From positions 1 through 64,000 of the forward strand of contig JAKLKB010000012.1 in assembly GCA_023150835.1 (NCBI GenBank): 64,000 bases of DNA, written 5' to 3'. Below the pieces are notes generated by a model that saw only the letters and a list, made by a program, of their open reading frames with translations, had not been told where the DNA came from and made no database searches. The translations under genes were made by a program, and so were the position numbers. This document shows positions 11,301 through 19,812 of this stretch, one piece after another (the first letter of the stretch is position 1; each line of letters opens with the position of its first letter). Source of the DNA: Myxococcota bacterium. Lineage in GTDB: Bacteria > Myxococcota_C > UBA6777.

Positions 11301-12351
11301 CCTCCAAGGCCGATACCACGAAGCCATCCACGTCTACGATCTCGCCCTCTCTCTCCACCGCGCTTGGGAAGATCGCATCGGCGAAGGCATCACCCTCAAC
11401 AACCTCGCCAACATCCACGCCCGACAAGGCCGACTCACCGAAGCCGAAGCCAACTACCGCACTTCTCTCTCCCTTCATCGTGCAGGGGGCGACCGACGCG
11501 GCGAAGCCATCGCCCTCGGACAACTCGGTAATCTCCTCCTTCTGCTCGGAAAAACCGATGATGCCGAGCGGATGCAGATGCAGGCCCGCACTCTCCACGA
11601 AGCTCTCCACGATACCAAGGGCCTCTCCATCTCCCTCAACAACCTCGCCAACCTCTACCGCGCACAACACCGCCTCCCCGATGCCAAGGCACTTTACCAA
11701 CAAGCCCACGAACTCCAATCCCAACAACAAGACCCCCTTGGCCTCGCCTTTACCAACCTTTACACCGCCTTGCTTCTACTCGAAGAAGATCACCTACACC
11801 CCCAACTTCCACAACACCTCCAAGATGCCCTCGACTTCTTCTCCAAACGACAACAACAACAAGAGTTTCACGGCCTTGCTCTCTCCGCATGGGGCTCTTT
11901 CCATCGCGCCATGGCTCGCCCACAACAAGCCCTCTCTTTCTACCAAAAAGCCCTCCCTTGCTTCCGAAACACCGATGCCCGCCTTGATGCTTGGACTCGC
12001 GCCACCATCGGCGCTTTGCGCGCTGACCTCGGCGAGATCGTCCCCGCCGAACAAGTCCTCCTCCACGCCTCCGAAACCATCCAACGACTCGAAGATCCCC
12101 TCGGACGCAGCTTTGCCCTCCTCTGCCGCGCACACCTCGACCTCGCCTTCCAACGCGAAGCACTCCAACACAACGACCCCACCGCCGCACAACACCACCT
12201 CTCCACCGCAAAACACCGCCTCCACCAAGCCCAACAACCTCTCCCCCAACAAAACAACCCTCCCTCCGCCTTCTCCCCCGAGATCCGTCTCGCCATCCGC
12301 GCCTTCCAATCCCTCCTCCCCGCCGCTCCCCCTCCACCCAAAACCCTCTAA
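8314..12351 (+). CDS. Hanks-type Ser/Thr kinase fused to STAND/NB-ARC-type ATPase and TPR repeats
   Basis: CPRC/CLNC zinc ribbon; GKGGTG, HRDIKPEN, DFG, APE; GPGGTGKT, LIILDNFE, LPLAIELAAAR; many TPRs (NNLANIH). Confidence 0.92.
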   Translation: MRPREAILTSPRSTTPERCPRCSHTLTRSPNAELAFCLNCRFPLKPIAGKYRLMRQLGKGGTGTVYLAKHIHLRRQAERVVKVVPLEPTQTHQIDRFEQEIQVTALLSQQNEHIVRIYDDFGHEPELGYYYVMEFLEGRSLREILIQRERLSPKEAIHITHQLCLALQLAHSEDIIHRDIKPENILVIERNDDPFFVKLIDFGIAHLLENQSNDGPAQVIVGTPLYMAPEQCLNRTIDARTDLYAVGIVLYEMLTGQHPFVDMHNLDQSNSLSIMFAQVWNAPPSPHERFPSLQAPKKLDDVLSKILAKDPNERFQHAQDMDTALQRAAQDADWSASSTSTATSTSHARPPQIHHTVSEQDRSSAPTDPYPGTQTRIQHDTSEQPNEAPIQLESDLLPSASDFDEKEKAPIVYRTLLSAQLASLPRPKLQKTNIRPLHKSFVGRHQELQDLQDAYARGERLVSLLGPGGTGKTSLAQHFGLQQVDQFDGGVWFCDLSECYSLPEMLQSIAQALRITLHPGEAEQHIHQIGYALHCRGQALIILDNFEQITPHALPTVGRWSQEETLVRFLVTSREKLQIIGECAIPLPPLPADQAVQLFLDRARTLRPRWQPNHQELRTIEQIVKHLDRLPLAIELAAARIDILSPQALFERLQQRFNLLSHPSQGVPARQATLRGAIDWSWDLLSDAERDAFTQCAIFRGGFTLEAAERILQLDPNAISTIDLIQALRNKSLLYILPNEHPQQNQRLGMYESIREYAKEHFHQSPKRGDVAAMHAAYYLELAESLLHDLHTNNGLSNLRQLLAETENLQAIFDRYVPHDPNVALRALLVLQPALERKQTQDTMLQMVQLVLNQQNKVQPALYPRAFRLYAHLCRRLGFLDQANKSLHTAITQAIQHFDPLEEAQARLAQGHLFTQRRLREEAQAAFRSALLFFEQNKQHPHLLADTYNALGSLSRQHGSLEEAEPYHLKALSLQRQYADSNGEAITLGQLGHLYRLQGRYHEAIHVYDLALSLHRAWEDRIGEGITLNNLANIHARQGRLTEAEANYRTSLSLHRAGGDRRGEAIALGQLGNLLLLLGKTDDAERMQMQARTLHEALHDTKGLSISLNNLANLYRAQHRLPDAKALYQQAHELQSQQQDPLGLAFTNLYTALLLLEEDHLHPQLPQHLQDALDFFSKRQQQQEFHGLALSAWGSFHRAMARPQQALSFYQKALPCFRNTDARLDAWTRATIGALRADLGEIVPAEQVLLHASETIQRLEDPLGRSFALLCRAHLDLAFQREALQHNDPTAAQHHLSTAKHRLHQAQQPLPQQNNPPSAFSPEIRLAIRAFQSLLPAAPPPPKTL

Positions 12352-12396
12352 TTCCCTTGGGTCGTATTTCGAAGCGTGCAACTCCCTCTGGTCGTT

Positions 12397-12428
12397 GTCC
12401 GTGCCTTCCGTGCCTTACGTGGACTCTT
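12397..12428. repeat. Short TTCCGTG-type repeat element, related to one at about 18608
   Basis: GTCCGTGCCTTCCGTGCCTTACGTGGAC versus TTCCGTGCCTTCCGTGTATTCCGTGGAC. Confidence 0.55.
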
Positions 12429-12443
12429 TACCCTTCCCGTGCC

Positions 12444-14732
12444 TTACTTTGCCAGTACTTTGGCGCGGGACTCCGCCCTCTCCCACATCCGAATATAGGC
12501 TTCCGCAGACCGAAAGAGCGGCTCCAAGGCTTTGTCCGTCACACCATCGCGACGGACATCTTCGATCAGTTCCGGCAACAATCCGATATGGATCATACCT
12601 TCCTGATTGAAGTCGACTTTTCGCTCGCCAAGCTCGGGCTGAGTAAAAGTCACTTCACCATCATACGACTTGAACGGATATGTGACGGGGTTTACTTGCA
12701 CAGTGCCGCATCGGGCGTTCGCTCCAAAACGTGGGCGTGGACCACCAGCAAACCCGTTCAAGTCAAAACTCAGCGCCTCGGCTGGGTAAGCCCCCTTGCT
12801 CTTCGCCAGCGCGACATCATCCGCCAGACGCTTGCCCATGACGCCCGATTTGCTTGCATCACCACAACGGCCCAAGCTCGTACCAATCAGACCACCGAGG
12901 GCATAAATACGACCATCGTTGCTGTTGCCGTGGGTCTTCGTGGCGGGGTAATTGTTTTTTTCGAGGATCGCATAAGCCTCACTCAAAGCCCGCTGAGGCA
13001 GATGAGCGATATCAATGATCATCCCTCGTTTCATAAGCTGCTCCATCAGGGTGTTGCCCAACGGCGTCAGACCGGTCTTCTGGCAGTATTTACCTTTCGC
13101 TGGCGGCGCTTGGATCTTGGACAGATGTGGCAGCAGGGTTGCGAGAGGATCCGCCACAAAGCCGGACATATCGATCGGTGCTTTGGAGTCGTAGGTATCA
13201 CGCGGCTGGTTCAGTCCCCCAAAGAAGACATCCCCTTCATCAAAGGACGTCGAGATGCCGTTACAATCTTTGACGAAGTTGGAGTAGTGTCCGCTGTTAA
13301 TGAAGTTGCCCAGCTCGATAATCCCTCGGCTGCCATCTCCAGCCGAAAAGCCGTTGTCAAACTTATGGACGGGGAAGATCACGCGCACGCCTCGCTTGTG
13401 GTACTGATCGACTTTGGCGTTGACCGCATCCTCTGTGCAAGCTGTAAAGCCCTTGGGTGGCGTCAAAAAGCAATCGAAGAGATTGGATATCTCGATGCCC
13501 AAGACAACCGCCAATTTCCCCTCGTTGATCACGTCACGTGCGGCCTTGGGACTGGTGACCACACGCAACCAACCTTTTCCCGGCCCGCCAGATTGGGCGT
13601 CGATGTATCGTTCCAAGGCATAGACCGAATCGATAGCTCGATCGACACTCACCATGTCGTTGCAAGAATACAAGGTCTTCTGGGCTTTGACGGCCAATGT
13701 GAGTTCGCACATCATCGAGTTCCCTGTGGCGTGCTGCACCAAAAGACGCAACCCTCCGAGGTAGGCACGCTCAAGCCAGCGGTAATACATAGTCTGGTGG
13801 GTCGAACGACGCCATGAGCTCGGCCACTCGGTGAACTTGGGGTATCCCGCCGTATGATGGTTGAACTCTGCGACTTGGCCCTTGGTAAAGATCGGAAGGA
13901 TCGAATCCAAATCAAATTTTAACTTATCGTTGTCGTAGAAATATCCCATGATGTCATTGCGACCCTCCTGACCGTGCGAACGCGAGCAGTCAGACAAGGC
14001 ATGTTCCACACCCAGCCGATGAAACGGCGCACCATGAAAGACGCCGCCACCACCAAAACCGACGTTGCTCAGCATGTGAGAGTGGATCTCGGCGATGCCG
14101 TAAACATCGCCATCATCCCACTTCCGAGGTTTGGCTGCGCCTGTTGCGTCGATGCTGAGTTCGGGAAAGCTGGCACAGCCCTCTGTTGGGTGCAATCGGA
14201 TCATCGCCGCCTTAGCGGTATCATCGGTGAGACCCGACATGCTCAAAAAACGGCCCGTTGCGTAGTGTTGAAGTTGATACCGCTTGGGGTCACGCGCCGA
14301 GATCTGTAAGATCCACTCCGCCGGCGACTTCTCGTTTTCATCGAGCTTATCGAGAACGGATGTCAGCTTGGACAACCGAGTGAAGCTCCACTGATCACCG
14401 CTAGAACTCGCTGCAAAGTAGCGGCGCTCCGTGTCAAAAAGCAGATAGACTCCAAGGTCTGACGGACGCAGGGAAAAGCGCGCCGCAGTCTTGGAAGAGT
14501 CCGCCGAAAAGCTAAACTGCTCTGGGGTTTGTCCCGCTCCGATGTAGCGCGCAGCGTTCGCACCATCGAAGCCCTCGATGGTATAACAGCCGTTGGCCAC
14601 AGAGTACACGCTGTCTTGCGCGAGCGGAGGCTCCGTCTTTTCACACCCCATCAACAGCGCACACAAAACGAGACCCAAAAGCCTATCACACACGAAGGAC
14701 CGGAAAAAACGCAACGAAGAAAACGTAGACAT
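12444..14732 (-). CDS. Lipoprotein, membrane dipeptidase (M19)/amidohydrolase family with N-terminal beta domain
   Basis: Lipobox LLMGC; EIHSH, LAVVLGIE, PVHKFDN, GLTPLG, MIIDIAH, HIGLLPEL. Confidence 0.8.
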   Translation of the reverse strand: MSTFSSLRFFRSFVCDRLLGLVLCALLMGCEKTEPPLAQDSVYSVANGCYTIEGFDGANAARYIGAGQTPEQFSFSADSSKTAARFSLRPSDLGVYLLFDTERRYFAASSSGDQWSFTRLSKLTSVLDKLDENEKSPAEWILQISARDPKRYQLQHYATGRFLSMSGLTDDTAKAAMIRLHPTEGCASFPELSIDATGAAKPRKWDDGDVYGIAEIHSHMLSNVGFGGGGVFHGAPFHRLGVEHALSDCSRSHGQEGRNDIMGYFYDNDKLKFDLDSILPIFTKGQVAEFNHHTAGYPKFTEWPSSWRRSTHQTMYYRWLERAYLGGLRLLVQHATGNSMMCELTLAVKAQKTLYSCNDMVSVDRAIDSVYALERYIDAQSGGPGKGWLRVVTSPKAARDVINEGKLAVVLGIEISNLFDCFLTPPKGFTACTEDAVNAKVDQYHKRGVRVIFPVHKFDNGFSAGDGSRGIIELGNFINSGHYSNFVKDCNGISTSFDEGDVFFGGLNQPRDTYDSKAPIDMSGFVADPLATLLPHLSKIQAPPAKGKYCQKTGLTPLGNTLMEQLMKRGMIIDIAHLPQRALSEAYAILEKNNYPATKTHGNSNDGRIYALGGLIGTSLGRCGDASKSGVMGKRLADDVALAKSKGAYPAEALSFDLNGFAGGPRPRFGANARCGTVQVNPVTYPFKSYDGEVTFTQPELGERKVDFNQEGMIHIGLLPELIEDVRRDGVTDKALEPLFRSAEAYIRMWERAESRAKVLAK

Positions 14733-14752
14733 GATTTCTGTCCACCACCTTT

Positions 14753-14808
14753 CGCCAAACCGCCAAACCGCCAAACCACCAAACCACCAAACCACCAAAC
14801 CACCAAAC
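14753..14808. repeat. 8-bp tandem repeat (CCAAACCR) about x7
   Basis: Directly visible upstream of the dipeptidase start. Confidence 0.9.
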
Positions 14809-14816
14809 GACGCACC

Positions 14817-15050
14817 TTAAAGCCTCACAAGCCGAAAACCAATGGTGTTGTTGCGTGTCCCCGGCGTGGCGCTCTCACGAAATCCTGCACGCATTTCCCG
14901 TACGTTGTGGCTCCAACTACCGCCTCGCATCACGCGATTCGATATGCCTGCAACGTACACAGGATCCGTATCACCCAGACTCTTGTACGCATCAGCATCC
15001 CATTCTTCGGGATCCCATCCCTCGGCATCCCACGCCCCACAACGTAGCAT
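14817..15050 (-). pseudogene. Orphan C-terminal fragment of an FGE-sulfatase (C-lectin fold) gene
   Basis: DPVY...NRVMRGGSW...MRAGFR...NNTIGFRLVRL-stop with no upstream FGE body. Confidence 0.8.
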
Positions 15051-15093
15051 GGATGGGTGTCCGTGAGCTACGGGATCGGGGGTGGGGTACGCA

Positions 15094-16137
15094 TCACAAA
15101 CCCGACCTCACCAAACGAAAGCCGAGGTCACTACCGTTATTCGTTGGCGCATAACCACAACGGCGTGCCGCACGCAGAGACGATACATCATCGAACCATC
15201 CCCCTCCGCGAGCCACGCGCTCGGTGCCTTTTGCCGCACCAAAAGGATTTGTCGTCGTTTGCGACGGGTATGTCGCGTACAGATCATAGCACCACTCCCA
15301 CACGTTGCCCAGCGTATCGTATAACCCCCAATCATTCGCTTGTTTCTGTTTCACCGCCTTCGTAGCATATCGACTGCCCCCATCGTCATACCATGCGATC
15401 TCATCTACTTCCCCATAACGCGGCGTCGTGCTGCCTGCCCGACAAGCGTATTCCCATTCCGCCTCTGCCGGCAATCGCCAGCCCTTGCTCCCCACGTAGT
15501 CGCTTTGTTTGTTCCCCACGCCGTCTATCTCTTCGCCACTTCCCACAAAACTCTCGGAAACTCCCTCTAACACCGAGAGTTTGTTCGCAAAGATCGCTGC
15601 TTCGTGCCAACTCACGCACTCCACAGGTGCATCCAACCCCACTCTTTTGCAATGGGCTGGGTTGTCGCCGATCACAGCCATGTATTGGCCTTGTGTCACA
15701 GGCGTTTCCATCATCCAAAATCCCCGTGTCAACGTGACATCGCGCCTCGGCTTTTCATCGGCCTCGGCCTCCTCGTCATCCTCACCCGACCCCATCCAAA
15801 AAGTTCCCGCAGGAATCCAGCACATCTGCATCCCCGCCACCGACGCCACTTCTCGCACCTCCCCTGCCACACGGCCTTCTTCCCACGCATATCTCGTCCA
15901 GTCTCCCACCAGACCCTCAAACCCCGTCTTCTCGCCTCTTCGATGCTTCTCCCACCATCCATACAACGGCCTACGTATCGACTCTCCCCATCCCTTCGTA
16001 TGTTGCGCTACATACAACAAACACATCTCTCGCTCCGATGCTTCCAAACCCTCCAAGATCCGACATATCCCCAACCATCCCGCAGAGCTCTCTCCCTTCA
16101 CCAACCATCCTCGGATCTCTGACAATCCTCCGCTCAT
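15094..16137 (-). CDS. FGE-sulfatase (SUMF1/C-lectin fold) domain protein, paralog 1
   Basis: GGAGG RBS; FWMGS, ETPVTQ, PVECVSW, RLPAEAEWEYACR, NDWGLYD, GNVWEWC, RGGGW, GFRLVR. Confidence 0.92.
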   Translation of the reverse strand: MSGGLSEIRGWLVKGESSAGWLGICRILEGLEASEREMCLLYVAQHTKGWGESIRRPLYGWWEKHRRGEKTGFEGLVGDWTRYAWEEGRVAGEVREVASVAGMQMCWIPAGTFWMGSGEDDEEAEADEKPRRDVTLTRGFWMMETPVTQGQYMAVIGDNPAHCKRVGLDAPVECVSWHEAAIFANKLSVLEGVSESFVGSGEEIDGVGNKQSDYVGSKGWRLPAEAEWEYACRAGSTTPRYGEVDEIAWYDDGGSRYATKAVKQKQANDWGLYDTLGNVWEWCYDLYATYPSQTTTNPFGAAKGTERVARGGGWFDDVSSLRAARRCGYAPTNNGSDLGFRLVRSGL

Positions 16138-16317
16138 CCACACCTCCTCGTTGGATTTTGCTCCTTTTCTTTTGCCATGGTATCGGTTAGACTCTGTGTT
16201 TGAAGACAACAACACCAGCCCCGAACAACCTGTGAATCCGTCAGATCGACATCCCTACCGCTATAACCATCCGAGATGGCTTGCTTTTCGGATCAACACA
16301 AATAGGAGCGAAACCCG

Positions 16318-16941
16318 ATGCGAATGCTTGGAACCCAAACCCCCTTGAGCCAACACCGACTACAGATGCTTTACACCGCAGCACGCTTGAAAGCACACAA
16401 GGATCCGCAGATTCAAGCCCTTGGAGAACGACTCTTTCAAAAGATTGAAGAACTCCGAAACCTTGAGGCGATCTCCCAACGGCTAGAAGAGGAGCAAACC
16501 CTCGCGCAAGCTTTGTTGGATGCACGCGACCAAGATCGCGATACCACCATCCTCCGCCTTGGGCCTTTCCTCAAAGCCGTGGCTCCCCACCTCTACGAGC
16601 AGATCTTGCCCAAACGTCCCTCCGATATCGCCCGCGCTGCCTATGCCCAAGAAACCAAAGACTTGGAAGCCGTCACCACCCGACTCCAATCTCTTCCTCC
16701 TGATCATCTTGTTCGCCAAACCTACCTCCAAGCCTTGAAAGACGACAACGCCGCTTTTCAACAAGCCTCCGACGCCAAAGATACCATCGGGCAAGCACTT
16801 GTGGCCTTCCGTCTCCAAGCCCTCCAAGCCAAACTCGCTGCCGACGAATACCGTTTCCACACCCAAGCCGAAGCCTCCAAACTCCTCCCCAAAGCCGACA
16901 TCGACGATCTGTTTTCGACCTTCAAACGCCCCGCGCATTGA
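16318..16941 (+). CDS. Hypothetical all-helical protein (207 aa)
   Basis: AGGAG RBS; A/L/Q/E-rich amphipathic helices, no Cys or Trp, no recognisable motif. Confidence 0.8.
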   Translation: MRMLGTQTPLSQHRLQMLYTAARLKAHKDPQIQALGERLFQKIEELRNLEAISQRLEEEQTLAQALLDARDQDRDTTILRLGPFLKAVAPHLYEQILPKRPSDIARAAYAQETKDLEAVTTRLQSLPPDHLVRQTYLQALKDDNAAFQQASDAKDTIGQALVAFRLQALQAKLAADEYRFHTQAEASKLLPKADIDDLFSTFKRPAH

Positions 16942-16967
16942 AAACCCAAAACCCTCTGCGTAAAACA

Positions 16968-17200
16968 TGACCGCAACCGTTGCAAAGCCCCCCACAACTT
17001 TTCACAAGCGCTTGTTTTCCGTTGCGCAAGCCTCCCCCAACACTTCAACTCTGCTTTGCAACGATTGCATACGTTCAACAACCTTTTAGAAAGGCTTTGT
17101 TTTCGGTTGCAACCACGTTTTCGTCCTTGCGCACGGCTTTGTTTTGCATCGCAACCGACTTTTTCTTTGTGAGAAAGCACTTTGCAACGACTGCATTCGC
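16968..17200. repeat. Degenerate 21-bp-periodic array, about 11 units
   Basis: Units at 17053 and 17179 match 18/21; units at 17095 and 17137 match 16/21; TTGC cores at 16980, 17022, 17065, 17107. Confidence 0.7.
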
Positions 17201-17214
17201 AGTTTTACGATTTC

Positions 17215-18264
17215 TCACGAACATCTCACAAGCCGGAAACCGATGTTTTTGTATGCGGCAATTGGCAGGTACCAGTCACGGTTTGCTACACGCAAGTCCA
17301 TCGAGAGATCGTCCAAACAGCCGCCTCGTCTCACGCGGTCCGATGTCTTTACGGCATACACAGGATCAACGGTTTGTTCAAGCGTGTACGCGTTGTACTC
17401 ATACCAGTCATAGCACCACTCCCAGACATTGCCTAACGTATCACGTAGCCCCCAAGCATTGGCTTGCTTCTGTCCCACCGAATGCGTCTTTCCGTTGCTA
17501 TTCTCGCTATACCACGCGATCTTGGTCAAGTTCTCATAGCGCTGCGTTGTTGTTCCTGCCCGCGCTGCGTATTCCCACTCTGCTTCCGTCGGTAGCCGCC
17601 AGCCCTTGCCTCCCACATAATCGCTTGCTTTGTTCCCCACCCCATCCATGTTGTCCTCACTTCTCACGAAACAAGGCGACAATTCCTCCAAGAGAGACAG
17701 CTTGTTCGCAAAGGCCGCTGCGTCATGCCAACTCACTCGTTCCACAGGCGCATCCAATCCTGCCTCTTTATAATGCGATGGATTTTCGCCGATCACAGCC
17801 GTGTATTGGCCTTGCGTGACGGGCGTTTCCATCATCCAAAATCCCCGCGTCAACGTGACCTCGCGCCTCGGCTTTTCATCGCGATCATGATAACGAGTCT
17901 TTTCGTCCTCCCCTGCTCCCATCCAAAAAGTTCCCGCAGGAATCCAACGCACCCGCATCCCTGCCACAGAAGCCACTTCTCGCGCTTCTCCCGCCACACG
18001 GCCTTCTTCCCACACGCACTTCGACCAATCTCCCACCAGCCCCTCAAATCCCGTGCTCTCGCCGCTTCGATGCTTCTCCCACCATCCATACAACGGCCTA
18101 CGTATCGAATTTCGCTATCCCTTCGTATGTTGTGCCACATACAACACACACATCTCCCGCTCTGATGCCTCCAGTTCCCCCAAGATCTGACACATCCCTA
18201 ACCATCCATCGGGGCTCTCTCCCTTCACCAACCATCCTCGGATCTCTGCCAATCCTCCGCTCAT
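17215..18264 (-). pseudogene. FGE-sulfatase paralog 2 with in-frame nonsense codon
   Basis: 5' half colinear with paralog 1; its TGG (Trp, TKGW) is TAG at 18117-18115; remainder intact to GFRLVRCS. Confidence 0.85.
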
Positions 18265-18393
18265 CCATACCTCCTTCTCTTCGTGTTTCCACTCCCCCGC
18301 GCTTTCTGCTCCGTCTCAGCTTCCCGTGCGCTTTTTCTGCGAGGCTTCAATATGCCTCAAAAAAAACAACGCATCAACCGCAGGAGTCCTCCA

Positions 18394-18640
18394 CCCATCC
18401 CCATCCACATTTCCATCCACATCCACATTTCCATCCCCATCCACATTTCCATCCCCATCCACATTTCCATCCCCATCCACATTTCCATCCACATCCCCAT
18501 CCCCATCCCCATCCACATTTCCATCCCCATCCCCATCCCCATCCACATTTCCATCCACATCCACATTTCCTTTCCCTTTCCCTTTCCCTTTCCCTTTTCC
18601 TTTCCCTTTCCGTGCCTTCCGTGTATTCCGTGGACTGTTT
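18394..18640. repeat. Compound hexamer simple-sequence repeat (CCATCC/CCACAT/TTCCAT, then TTTCCC)
   Basis: Directly visible; no G on the + strand for about 215 bp. Confidence 0.95.
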
Positions 18641-18662
18641 TTTCCTCCAAGTCCCTGCAAAT

Positions 18663-19775
18663 CTAGCTCGACGCCTCGACAAACACCTCGAAAAATCGGC
18701 GCGGATCGTAGTCCAAGATGATCCATGTATTGGACTGGGGAGCCAGAACAGACCCCCAACCGCCGCGTTCTCGGAACAAGGAAACTTCGGCCCATGTAGC
18801 GATCGAAGGATCGATGGCGCAACAAGCAGCGAGTGGATCGTGAAACTTTTTGCCGATGGGTTCGGCATCTTCGGAGACGGACGGCGGTTTCAGCGTTGTG
18901 CGTGCAACAGGCGGAGAGGTCTCGGGTGAGACTTCGATCAGATACCCCCCACGTTGGCGACTTTGTGCGAGAGCATACGCAGTTGGGCAGATCCCTTGTG
19001 AAGCGCCCGCCTCATCGATCCAAAGGACTTCTGAAGCATCGATCTGCTCGTCGTATCGGAGGGGATGGGGTGCGCGATCGATCTTCTTTTGCAGATACAC
19101 GTCCATGCCGTCCCAGATCCAAGCGAGGCTTTTGCAGTGGGAGCGGTATGGGGCGAGGGCTGCGTGGAAGTCTACATCATAAAAGACGCGATGGCAGACG
19201 TTTTTGGACACCAAACGCCGCAAGCCGATCCCCGAATGTTCGAGGGCTGCAAGCGCGGTCTTGGGATCGCCGTTGAAATTGAATGTCGGGACGCTTCGTC
19301 GTCCTCGAAACTGCGGAAGCTGTAGGTGTTCAGGGACCACGCCTTCTCCTGCAAATCCGCCCTGCGCGACCCATCGGCCCAATCGAAATCGCGGATCGCG
19401 TACAGCTTCCCGAAGATTTTTGAGCGGTGCGCCCGTGATCAGGGTGGTCTCTTGATCGCAGATCTCGCGCAACAAGGATTGCGCAGGAACGGCATCATGC
19501 GAAGGCTCGATCATCCCGTAGGCTTTTTCGTGCCAAGAAGACACACACGACTTGGGGTGTTCAAGATCTCCCGCTCCTACGGGGATATCGACACCAAAGG
19601 CCGCGAGCGTACGCCGCACAAGACCGACTTGATAGACCGACCCGGGCGTGATCGTGACGGCTTTCAAACGCACCTTGGGATGTCCAAGCAACAGCAGCAG
19701 CGTGATGTAATCGTCGGGATCATGGGTTTCCATATCGAACACAACAGGCAGGGGATACGACAAGACTTCTTGCAT
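18663..19775 (-). CDS. Nucleoside hydrolase family protein with inserted IF3-N-like domain
   Basis: N-terminal DMETHDPDD, GAPLKNL, FNFNGDP, HDPLA; insert at about 18895-19062. Confidence 0.82.
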   Translation of the reverse strand: MQEVLSYPLPVVFDMETHDPDDYITLLLLLGHPKVRLKAVTITPGSVYQVGLVRRTLAAFGVDIPVGAGDLEHPKSCVSSWHEKAYGMIEPSHDAVPAQSLLREICDQETTLITGAPLKNLREAVRDPRFRLGRWVAQGGFAGEGVVPEHLQLPQFRGRRSVPTFNFNGDPKTALAALEHSGIGLRRLVSKNVCHRVFYDVDFHAALAPYRSHCKSLAWIWDGMDVYLQKKIDRAPHPLRYDEQIDASEVLWIDEAGASQGICPTAYALAQSRQRGGYLIEVSPETSPPVARTTLKPPSVSEDAEPIGKKFHDPLAACCAIDPSIATWAEVSLFRERGGWGSVLAPQSNTWIILDYDPRRFFEVFVEASS

Positions 19776-19812
19776 CAAGCCTCCAATTCAAGCCCCCAAA
19801 AAGAACACCGCG

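Noticed and set aside
18115-18117. Amber recoding (pyrrolysine or alternative code)
   Set aside because: TAG is a normal stop for other genes here, the aligned residue is Trp, and no pyl genes are visible.
14817-18264. Complete diversity-generating retroelement with the orphan tip as template repeat
   Set aside because: No reverse transcriptase or recognisable Avd; orphan and paralog tips differ at many non-adenine and synonymous positions. Remote targeting from elsewhere cannot be excluded.
18132-18929. His-Pro or other dipeptide-repeat proteins
   Set aside because: All frames are open only because of the hexamer tract; no RBS or flanking domain support.
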